DNA of 64,000 nt from Planctomycetota bacterium (GTDB taxonomy: Bacteria; Planctomycetota; UBA1135). The notes below the pieces were generated by a model that was given only the letters and a program-made list of their open reading frames with translations, made no database searches and was not told the origin of the DNA. The position numbers and the translations under genes were made by a program. Positions 1 through 8,139 of the stretch are shown here, in pieces. Numbering within the stretch: position 1 is the stretch's first letter; the number at the start of each line of letters is the position of its first letter. The stretch lies in NCBI GenBank assembly GCA_045047305.1, contig JASFYO010000004.1, forward strand, positions 1-64,000, in the 5' to 3' direction.

Positions 1-549
1 GCGGTGGATGCGGTGTTACAGCATCGTGGAATGGCTGCGAAAACCCTTCTCGACATTCCATGTGGCACCGGTCGTTTTTCTGATTTGTGGAAGCCACGGG
101 GTTATCAAGTCTTAGGTGCTGACCTTGCAGTCACCATGCTGCAGGAGGCGCGATCAAAACACCCGCATGCCACCTTCTTTGCCGCCGACCTTGCGCAGCT
201 TCCTTTTGCCGACGCCTCCCTAGACCTAGGCATCTGCATTCGTTTCCTCCATCTAGTGCGTGACCCCGAATTGCGCATCGCCTTTCTGCGCGAGCTGAAA
301 CGGGTATGCAAGGTTGGTGCAGTGATTGACTATCATCATGCGCACACTTTCCGTATCTGGAGCCGACGTCTTCGCTTCCGCCTCGGCAGGCGCCCGAACT
401 CCCCCGCCAACCCCACATTTCAGCAAATCCGGGCCGAACTGGAAGCCGCTGGTTGGGACTCGGTGCAGTGGATTCATCTCCGACGCCACCCATGGCTTTG
501 CGACAAACTGCTGATTGCGGCAGTGCCGAACTTAGGCTCCACCGAGTAA
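1..549 (+). CDS. Class I SAM-dependent methyltransferase (probably 5'-truncated)
   Basis: Motif I LLDIPCGTG, then ADL and LPFADASLD; frame is open to the window edge. Confidence 0.85.
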   Translation, partial: AVDAVLQHRGMAAKTLLDIPCGTGRFSDLWKPRGYQVLGADLAVTMLQEARSKHPHATFFAADLAQLPFADASLDLGICIRFLHLVRDPELRIAFLRELKRVCKVGAVIDYHHAHTFRIWSRRLRFRLGRRPNSPANPTFQQIRAELEAAGWDSVQWIHLRRHPWLCDKLLIAAVPNLGSTE

Positions 550-559
550 AATCCAAGCC

Positions 560-1618
560 ATGGAAGCAACCGCCACACCTCTCGAAGATCTATTCAAAAA
601 ACGTGGGGCATCCTTTCGTGAAATCGACGGCGTTTTACTCCCCTTCCAAGTCAAAACCGACGTCGAGGAAATGAATGCCGCGACTGAAGGGCTCTTCCTC
701 ACCGACGGCGGTGATCGCGCTTGGATCGAAATGCAGGGTGCCGATGCTGCCGATTTCCTGCAGCGCATCCTCACCTCCGACGTCAAGAAGCTGCAACCTG
801 GTGAGGGCCAGTGGTCCGCCATGCTCGACGGCAAGGGTCATTGGATCTCCGATTTGCTGGTTTACGCTCTACCCACAGAGGACTCCATTCCGCGCTTCGG
901 CTTAGATATGCCCACTTGCCGCTTGGCCGTGGTGCTGCAAAAACTAGAAATGATGCACTTCAGCGAGGATCTCCAGTGGCAAACTCCGCTGGTTGGCCGC
1001 CTCCTGTTGCTCGGCATGAATGCGAGTGGAGACCCTATCCCCATGTCGGCGCAAGCGGCAAGCGATGGCTGGATTCTGCAACGCCCGGACCGCGGCGCCG
1101 ATTGCATGGACCGCATCGTCGCGGCCGACAAGGTGGAAGCCGTCGCTAAAACCATGTTGAAAGGTGGGGCCAAGCTCGGCGGATGGATGACCTTGGAGCA
1201 ATTGCGGATTGAGGCACGACGCCCGCGCTGGGGAGTGGATTTTGATGAAGAGACCACGCTGCCGGTTAGCAATGAATGGCACCGCTCCTCCATCACCAAG
1301 GGCTGCTACGCCGGGCAGGAAATCATCGCGAAGATCAACACTTATGGAGAAGCGCCGCGCCAACTGTGCCATTTAGAGTTCGCCGACGATGAGACCAATC
1401 TTCAAGGTGCCGAGTTGCAAAACGAGGAAGGGCGCAAAATGGGCAAGGTCACAAGTTGGGCTTGGTCTTGGGATGACAAGGTTGCGGGTGCCGTCGGCAT
1501 GGGGATTTTACGTCGCCGTGCTGCAGTCGAAGGTGGTGAAGTTTTCGCCGTGGTCGAGGGAGAAGGTGACAAGCGGATTCCCGTGAAGGTTCATCTGCCC
1601 GAGAAAATATTCGGATGA
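560..1618 (+). CDS. ygfZ: YgfZ/GcvT-family folate-binding protein (Fe-S/tRNA-modification related)
   Basis: Signature KGCYAGQE; N-terminal G-x-DAADFLQ. Confidence 0.85.
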   Translation: MEATATPLEDLFKKRGASFREIDGVLLPFQVKTDVEEMNAATEGLFLTDGGDRAWIEMQGADAADFLQRILTSDVKKLQPGEGQWSAMLDGKGHWISDLLVYALPTEDSIPRFGLDMPTCRLAVVLQKLEMMHFSEDLQWQTPLVGRLLLLGMNASGDPIPMSAQAASDGWILQRPDRGADCMDRIVAADKVEAVAKTMLKGGAKLGGWMTLEQLRIEARRPRWGVDFDEETTLPVSNEWHRSSITKGCYAGQEIIAKINTYGEAPRQLCHLEFADDETNLQGAELQNEEGRKMGKVTSWAWSWDDKVAGAVGMGILRRRAAVEGGEVFAVVEGEGDKRIPVKVHLPEKIFG

Positions 1619-2433
1619 AAAGCCTTCCTCGGTGGGGTTTGGTGGCCGTCATTTTTACAGTGGCGATGGTGTTTTTTGGCTCGGTGATCTGCCCACCAGT
1701 CGGTGAGCGAAAAGCAGAAAGCACCGAATCAGAAGTCCAATACCCACTTCATGAGGACGCTGGCACCTACAAGGCCTTGCCGGGGCCACTACAGATTGAA
1801 GATCGGTTTCCGTTGGCAGACACCCCTCCGCCTATTGCAAAGAATGGTTTCTCTACCATGGAAGTCACGGTCCTAGATGACAAGGGGAACCCCGTGGAGG
1901 GTGCTCGTGTCGCATTCTTAGTCCGCCGTGAAAATGGGTATGCGAGGCGTTCCTGGGGCTTTACCGACCGCAACGGAAATTTCACCAGTAGCCCGCTGTT
2001 CGCAGAAACCTATGCAGTGGAAGCTAGCTCGCATCTTTTTTTCCCTGTCGTTTCCAAGCGCATTTCCATTCCCAGCAAAGAACAGAGCAAAGTGGTTTTG
2101 CGCTTGGTTGGAGCTTCACGCTTAACTGGAACGGTTATGACCAGATCCGGAAGGCCGGCCTTCCACGGCCACCTTTCCTTTACCGATCTGAGCACTGGAA
2201 AGAAGATCAAAGGCCTTATCGGGAGTGGCGGGAGCTTTCTTTCTCCCCCTCTCGATGCCGGTAACTGGCGCATCCTTTGGCAAGAGCGGCCCACTGCCCA
2301 GATCGATCCGCGCTTAAGTTATGCAGTGCCACTTGAGCCACGCCAAGAGCGAGAGTTCCGCATCGTGGTTCCTTCGCTCCACTCCGGCGGGATAGGAGAA
2401 CACGAAATCGGGATTCAGGAAGTGCCTAACTAG
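1615..2433 (+). CDS. Membrane-anchored protein with carboxypeptidase-regulatory-like (beta-sandwich) domains
   Basis: N-terminal hydrophobic helix; V-x-D-x-x-G-x-P-V-x-GA-x-V and TD-x-x-G-x-F patterns; ATGA overlap with ygfZ. Confidence 0.6.
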   Translation: MKSLPRWGLVAVIFTVAMVFFGSVICPPVGERKAESTESEVQYPLHEDAGTYKALPGPLQIEDRFPLADTPPPIAKNGFSTMEVTVLDDKGNPVEGARVAFLVRRENGYARRSWGFTDRNGNFTSSPLFAETYAVEASSHLFFPVVSKRISIPSKEQSKVVLRLVGASRLTGTVMTRSGRPAFHGHLSFTDLSTGKKIKGLIGSGGSFLSPPLDAGNWRILWQERPTAQIDPRLSYAVPLEPRQEREFRIVVPSLHSGGIGEHEIGIQEVPN

Positions 2434-3019
2434 CGATGTCCAGCGGCGAGATCGCTGGAAAACAAGTGGCGAAAGCTTGTTCGAGCAGAGACGAAAGATT
2501 CAACTCTCCATTCGATTCTTGCCAATGATTCAGCGCTGCATCGAGTGCGGCCATGCAGGCCCCGGCGAGAACATCGTCTTCTAGGCTTCGAGTTTTACTT
2601 CCACGCACCATGGCAAAAGCTCCAGCAAGATCATCACGGTCTTCCAAATCCTGCTCCACTGCAGCGGCATACACTTGCGGCGTCGCGTAGAGAAAACGCA
2701 CCCTACGCAGAAGGATAGGCAGGCTGCCCTGGGTAGCGAAAACCGTAATCATGGAATCGCGGAAGGCTGCTGCGGGCCCCTGATTGCGGCACAAACGACG
2801 TCCGATTTCCAAATCCAGATCGTATTCATCCCAAACCACCAGAGATTCTTTGGTGCCGAAATAACGATAAAGGGTCGACTCCGAGACACCGCCTTCGGTA
2901 GCCACATCTTGCATGGTCACATCATCGAAACCCTTTTCCTCAAAAAGGCTTAGAGCGACAACCTGGAGCCTTCGTTTGGCCTCCAAGCGGTTCCGCTGGC
3001 GCAGATTTAGCTTTCCCAT
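2426..3019 (-). CDS. TetR/AcrR-family transcriptional regulator
   Basis: N-terminal HTH: LFEEKGFDDVTMQDVA...GVSESTLYRYFGTKESL. Confidence 0.92.
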   Translation of the reverse strand: MGKLNLRQRNRLEAKRRLQVVALSLFEEKGFDDVTMQDVATEGGVSESTLYRYFGTKESLVVWDEYDLDLEIGRRLCRNQGPAAAFRDSMITVFATQGSLPILLRRVRFLYATPQVYAAAVEQDLEDRDDLAGAFAMVRGSKTRSLEDDVLAGACMAALDAALNHWQESNGELNLSSLLEQAFATCFPAISPLDIAS

Positions 3020-3059
3020 AAGCCCCTAGTATACACAAATTCTGAAAGTCAACCGCAAC

Positions 3060-3076
3060 ATGATAGTCACTGTCAT
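3060..3076. promoter_or_regulatory. Putative TetR operator (imperfect palindrome ATGATAGT-C-ACTGTCAT)
   Basis: 8-1-8 inverted repeat (7/8 match) in the 68-nt gap between the divergent tetR and amine oxidase, abutting a TATAGT -10-like hexamer. Confidence 0.55.
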
Positions 3077-3087
3077 ATAGTAAAGGT

Positions 3088-4539
3088 ATGACCTCTCCAT
3101 GTAATCGACGCCGTTTCCTGCAACTTGGCAGCCTTGGACTGGGCGGTGCCATCACTGCATCGCAAGCGGCATGGGCAAAAACGCTACTGCCCGGAACCGA
3201 GAAGATCCGTGATTTGGACTTCCGCCGCGAACCGGATGAAGTGGTCGACGTAGCGATTATTGGTGGCGGCATTTCCGGTCTCACCGCAGCCTGGACGCTG
3301 AAGAAATTGGGCCGCACCCAGGTGAAGGTACTGGAGGTCCGGGATCGCGTCGGCGGACGCACCCTCAACGAAGCGTCTGCCAATAACGGATATGTGGAAC
3401 TTGGTGGTCAATGGGTTGGCCCGACCCAAGATGCCGTGATGGGATTAATGGGCCAGCTGGGTATCGGACGTTTTCCAACCTACAACACTGGGCGTCAGGT
3501 AGATCAAACCGATAGCTTAGGCCCGCTGGAGATTCTGGATTACCTCAATGCAGTGCGAAAAATTGACAGTCTTTCAAAGCAGGTTCCACGAAAGAACCCA
3601 TGGAATGCGAGCAATGCCGCTTTATGGGACAGCATGACGGTGCGCGATTGGATGAACCAAAACATGTCCACCACCGGAGCCAAGCAAATCATCGAGATTA
3701 CCGTGCAGTCTGACTTCGGCGGCTCCACCCGCGATGTCTCCCTCCTGTGGTTCCTCTTTTACGTTCACAGCGCAACCGATTTCAACACCATGGCAGATAA
3801 AGCCCAGCGCTGGCGCATTGAAGGTGGGTCGCAAACCATTTGCTTTAGGCTTGCGCAGAAGGTGCGCCATCAGGTGGAGTTAAACGCTGGCGTGGATGGC
3901 ATTATGTGGCGTACCAACGGCGCTTTGATTCGCTACGGAGGACGTCATCTCATTGCGGCGCGTAAAGTCATTATTGCGATGATGCCCCGCGACGCCGCCA
4001 ACATACGCTACTTCCCGCACCTCCCCGCGCAACGCGACAGCCTGCAACGCAACTGGAACACCGGTCACGGCGACAAATATTTTGCGGTTTATCAAACTCC
4101 ATTTTGGCGTCAACAGGGACTCAGTGGATCCGCGGTTTCCGACAATGAGTTCATTCTTTTAGCTTGGGATAACACGCCGTCGACCGGCCACTCCGGTGTG
4201 CTTGGTGGCTTTGCCGTGTTGGAAGGGTCGCAACGCCCGCCGACTCGCGCCTTGCGCCGACAACTGGTGCTGCGATCTTTTGCATCCTTCTTCGGGCCGC
4301 AAGCATGGAATGCAATTGGCTTCCACGAACACTCCTGGGAGCTTGATCCCCACACCGAAGGTTGTGTCTCGCCGATGGAACCTGGGTTGCTTACCGCCCA
4401 TGGTCCAGCCTTGCGTGAACCAGTTGGACCTATTCACTGGGCCGGCACCGAAACTTCGACGGTTTGGTGCGGCTATATGGATGGTGCAGTGCGCGCTGGC
4501 AAACGCGCTGCAGAAGAGGTCGATTTAGCCTTGGGCTAA
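3088..4539 (+). CDS. Tat-exported flavin monoamine oxidase family protein
   Basis: Tat motif NRRRFLQ; FAD motifs IIGGGISG, RVGGR, ELGGQW; C-terminal HWAGTET...GYMDGAVRAG. Confidence 0.9.
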   Translation: MTSPCNRRRFLQLGSLGLGGAITASQAAWAKTLLPGTEKIRDLDFRREPDEVVDVAIIGGGISGLTAAWTLKKLGRTQVKVLEVRDRVGGRTLNEASANNGYVELGGQWVGPTQDAVMGLMGQLGIGRFPTYNTGRQVDQTDSLGPLEILDYLNAVRKIDSLSKQVPRKNPWNASNAALWDSMTVRDWMNQNMSTTGAKQIIEITVQSDFGGSTRDVSLLWFLFYVHSATDFNTMADKAQRWRIEGGSQTICFRLAQKVRHQVELNAGVDGIMWRTNGALIRYGGRHLIAARKVIIAMMPRDAANIRYFPHLPAQRDSLQRNWNTGHGDKYFAVYQTPFWRQQGLSGSAVSDNEFILLAWDNTPSTGHSGVLGGFAVLEGSQRPPTRALRRQLVLRSFASFFGPQAWNAIGFHEHSWELDPHTEGCVSPMEPGLLTAHGPALREPVGPIHWAGTETSTVWCGYMDGAVRAGKRAAEEVDLALG

Positions 4540-4551
4540 AACGTCGCTTTC

Positions 4552-5847
4552 TTAGTACAAACCACGCACTTTCGAGGCCGTGTATCCGGGAAAGAAACCC
4601 TTGGGTGGATCAAAGCCCAAGGCATTGCCCATCACATCGTGCATGACGTCGCGGAAGTCGGTGGTAACGGCAAGATCGCGCCCTTGATAAAGGCTGCCTT
4701 CTGCGAGGCCTCGCCAATCACCGTGGACCTTGCCACCTTTGACGCCACCGCCAAGGATCAACATATTGCTACCGTGCCCATGATCGGTGCCGCTATTTCC
4801 ATTTTCCCGCACCGTACGTCCAAACTCCGACATCACTAAAATCGTCGTGGTTTCTAACTGCGGTCCAAGATCACGACAGAAGGCTGCCAAACTCTTGGAG
4901 AAGTCGGTCATGCGATCTGCCATCCGGCCTTCGATACCGCCCTCTTGGGTGTGATCATCCCAGCCGCCGTAATCAATGCCGGCTACTTCCAACCCTTCAT
5001 TGGCGCGTAAAACCAAAGCAATCTGCTTCAAGCGGTTCGCGAACTTTGAGGTAGGGTAACTTGAACCAGAAACGGTTTGGTTGTTACGCATAGCCTTCTT
5101 CTTTTTCTTCTCCGCAACAGCAATGATTTCACCAAAGCGACGCAAGGTCTCAATCGTGATGCGGCCAGAAGCAACCACCCCGGCTGGATCTTCTTCACGT
5201 CGGCCGTCCATGCTGGAACCACCTTCCAGCATGCCACCGCTATCGCCATAGAAGCGTTCAAAGCGATCCAACGTCTTTCCAGTTTTGCGGCGACCAAGAG
5301 AAGTCGGCACCGCCAACACTGGATAGCTGCCACGCAACGATCGCGGCAAAAGCTCCTGCATACCTAAAGCGCGAAAATCACTAACGTTATCCTTCTTCGG
5401 CTTGGTGAACTCAAGGTAACGATTCACCCAACCATCGCGCATGCTGCGATCCCCCGGCGCGGCAAATTCCATCCAATCCTGCGCATCAAAGTGACTGCGC
5501 GTAGAGTGCGGAGATCCCGCGCATACGATCGGTGCGAATTGTCCTGCATCGTAAATAGGCTTGAGCGAGCGCATGGCTGGGTGGAGGCCAAAGGTTTTAT
5601 CCAGCGGCACAACTCCATCGGCAATGGTGCCTGCAATCGTTGGCCGCAGCGCTGCATAGCCAGGGTCACCAAAAGGAACAATCATGTTCATCGCGTCGGC
5701 GGCACCGCGCAAAAAAATCACCACTAAAGCGGAATCGGTTGGCGCTGGCGGCGAGACAGCAAGCAGGCGCGAGGTAAATGGGTCTACCTGAGAAAGCACG
5801 CCAGCGGTAGCGGCGAGGCGAAGAAAATCGCGGCGGGTGGTATTCAT
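4552..5847 (-). CDS. DUF1501 domain protein (Tat signal)
   Basis: TRRDFL Tat motif; LVVIFLRGAAD, RSHFDAQ, GGWDDH, SEFGRT, GTDHG. Confidence 0.88.
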   Translation of the reverse strand: MNTTRRDFLRLAATAGVLSQVDPFTSRLLAVSPPAPTDSALVVIFLRGAADAMNMIVPFGDPGYAALRPTIAGTIADGVVPLDKTFGLHPAMRSLKPIYDAGQFAPIVCAGSPHSTRSHFDAQDWMEFAAPGDRSMRDGWVNRYLEFTKPKKDNVSDFRALGMQELLPRSLRGSYPVLAVPTSLGRRKTGKTLDRFERFYGDSGGMLEGGSSMDGRREEDPAGVVASGRITIETLRRFGEIIAVAEKKKKKAMRNNQTVSGSSYPTSKFANRLKQIALVLRANEGLEVAGIDYGGWDDHTQEGGIEGRMADRMTDFSKSLAAFCRDLGPQLETTTILVMSEFGRTVRENGNSGTDHGHGSNMLILGGGVKGGKVHGDWRGLAEGSLYQGRDLAVTTDFRDVMHDVMGNALGFDPPKGFFPGYTASKVRGLY

Positions 5848-7511
5848 TGCTGCTGAAACTCTGGGGAACCAAGAAGTAGGCCGACGAGTTCCGGACCTAG
5901 CTCAAACAAATCCGGGACCTTCTTTTTCTCAAGATATTCCGAGGTCACAGTTGCAAGTGCTGCGCGAGTTCGCGGACCAGCACCACCTGGGAGTACCAAT
6001 TGAGTGAGATGATGTTGCCACAAACGTGGCGGGACGTCGGCGGGGACTTGCTCGTAGAAAGAGTCCGGAATGGCGACAGCGTCGATCTTCCCATTGGCAA
6101 GATCAACCGCAAACTCCCAGCGTAAAGCCATAACGCCTGGATCCAGCCAGGCGTCGGAGGTGTCGTAATAGCCGGTTGGATCATCACAATTATAAATCGG
6201 CTGACCCATCGCAACGAGATAACGCTCCAGCGCACCAAGAGAACCAATTTCACATCCGGTGACGCGGAGAGCACTGATTACGAACTCGTAAGGCGTTTTG
6301 AATTTGCTGTGCACATTTACCGGGTCCCAGAACTCATCACTGTCCACGATGGTTTGCACCATGGCCGTGATATCGCCATCGGTTTTACGGTAAGTCTTTG
6401 CCACGGCTTTCACCAAGCGCTCTGGCGGGACGTCGGCAACCAAAAAGCGCACCATCTTCATGGCGATAAAGTCGGCAGTGCCTTTATGCTTACCCAACAT
6501 TTTGAGCAAAGCCATGCCTTGACCAGGTCCACCATCTTTGTCTTCACGAATAAGCTTTCCAAGCACATGCTTATTGCCGCGGATATGCATATCAGCATTG
6601 AACACATACTTACGTGTTCCTTCACGCCCCGCATCGACCGTCCAACCAGTCAAACATTCAGCCACCGCGATGACATCCTTTTGTTTATAGAAGTTGTCAA
6701 CGCCCAAGGTGTGCAATTCCAACAACTCGCGGCCGTAGTTTTCATTCAATCCGCGTTGGGATGCAATCTGCACGGCCTCGGCAGCACGGTCTTTTGACCC
6801 TGTCTTGCGCTTAGTCCGGCGTTGGATTTCAGCGAGTTGTTGCTTACTCGGAGGCCGACGCGAAAGGCGATTATCCAAGTAGTTCAACATCGCTGGATGC
6901 GATGCCGACGCCACAAGCATTTCAGGGAAAGTACCCCACACATATTTTTGCACCACTTCGCGCTCGTAATCAGGCATTTGTGGGTAAATGGATTGGCCTT
7001 TGGTAAAACTCACATTGAAATGGTTGCGCCAAAATTCACTCATGACTTCCGTCGCTTGGCGCTCACTGAAAACCGCACGCAAGGCAACACTCTCCATCAA
7101 CTCCTCCATGGGGAGTCGGTTTTTTCGACGTGCCAACCTTTGTTCTGCAATGGTGGCTTTATCATTGCGCGGAGTTGCAGTGAAACTCACGCATTCGGCA
7201 ATACCCATGCTAAGGGTTTGAAACTCGGACAAACGATCGGCAAGCCTTGGGTCGAGCGCATCTTGATAAGAAAGCTGCTGCTTAAGCCAGGCGTCGACAC
7301 CCATCTCGATGACACGAGCCACTTCCCCAGGCCGCGGTCCATATCCTAAGCGTGATAGAACATGCGCTGCGCGTTGCTGCTCGGTAAGTGGCGCAGCCTC
7401 AACTTCCTGCGCAACCAAATTAGAAGTAGCTAGAAGTGTGAGGCAAACGGAAACCAGAAGGTGCCGAGGTTCCATAGCCTCCATCCTATGCCTTTGTCGC
7501 GTGTTGTGCAT
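5844..7511 (-). CDS. DUF1800 domain protein
   Basis: HVLSRLGYG, FWRNHFN, HPAMLNYLDN, NENYGRELLELHTLG, terminal SPEFQ; ATGA overlap with the DUF1501 gene; true start may be a few codons downstream. Confidence 0.88.
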   Translation of the reverse strand: MHNTRQRHRMEAMEPRHLLVSVCLTLLATSNLVAQEVEAAPLTEQQRAAHVLSRLGYGPRPGEVARVIEMGVDAWLKQQLSYQDALDPRLADRLSEFQTLSMGIAECVSFTATPRNDKATIAEQRLARRKNRLPMEELMESVALRAVFSERQATEVMSEFWRNHFNVSFTKGQSIYPQMPDYEREVVQKYVWGTFPEMLVASASHPAMLNYLDNRLSRRPPSKQQLAEIQRRTKRKTGSKDRAAEAVQIASQRGLNENYGRELLELHTLGVDNFYKQKDVIAVAECLTGWTVDAGREGTRKYVFNADMHIRGNKHVLGKLIREDKDGGPGQGMALLKMLGKHKGTADFIAMKMVRFLVADVPPERLVKAVAKTYRKTDGDITAMVQTIVDSDEFWDPVNVHSKFKTPYEFVISALRVTGCEIGSLGALERYLVAMGQPIYNCDDPTGYYDTSDAWLDPGVMALRWEFAVDLANGKIDAVAIPDSFYEQVPADVPPRLWQHHLTQLVLPGGAGPRTRAALATVTSEYLEKKKVPDLFELGPELVGLLLGSPEFQQQ

Positions 7512-7563
7512 CCCTGCTGGAACACGAATACAGAAGCCCGGTTACGGTTGAAGCCTGAACTTT

Positions 7564-8139
7564 CTACCAGTTGGCGACCACGGCAAGGTGCCATGACTGG
7601 TCAAAGGTTTCGTAGCCAAAATCGAGACCACTGCTGGGAGAAAGCATCCAAATCACGCCTGACTGCACATTGCCCTCCCAATAAAGAGTGGTGAGGATGG
7701 CAGTGTCCCTGCCATCGCGGTTTTCGATTCTGCGGTCGTAGAAATTACCGACACCACCGCCAAGGTAAAGCGCCAAACGATTGGACGGGCGAAACAGTAA
7801 TCCCATATTGTAAACGAAGGCACCTTGGTAGTTGTCCAGGCGGAGGCCCTCCTCGTTGTTGCCTTCGCCATCGCCAGATAATAAGTCAAGCCCCGCAACT
7901 CCATCAAATCGTACCGAGGCATAAGTACCCCAATTACTCCTCCCTGCGCTGAACGCTGCAAGATGAACCCCGGCACGAGCATTACCACTATGCAGCCCGC
8001 TTACTAATCCTAAGCTAACCGCGTCCAAGGGTTCCATGCCACGATCTGCGCCATGCGGAAGAGCGCAACCGACAAAACTTCCAGCACAAGAAAGTAAAAG
8101 CGCTGTGGCTAGATGTTTGATTCTAGAAGCGTAGCGCAT
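7564..8139 (-). CDS. Hypothetical small outer-membrane beta-barrel protein
   Basis: Signal/lipobox-like N-terminus; alternating hydrophobic strands; C-terminal aromatic (WHLAVVANW). Confidence 0.5.
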   Translation of the reverse strand: MRYASRIKHLATALLLSCAGSFVGCALPHGADRGMEPLDAVSLGLVSGLHSGNARAGVHLAAFSAGRSNWGTYASVRFDGVAGLDLLSGDGEGNNEEGLRLDNYQGAFVYNMGLLFRPSNRLALYLGGGVGNFYDRRIENRDGRDTAILTTLYWEGNVQSGVIWMLSPSSGLDFGYETFDQSWHLAVVANW

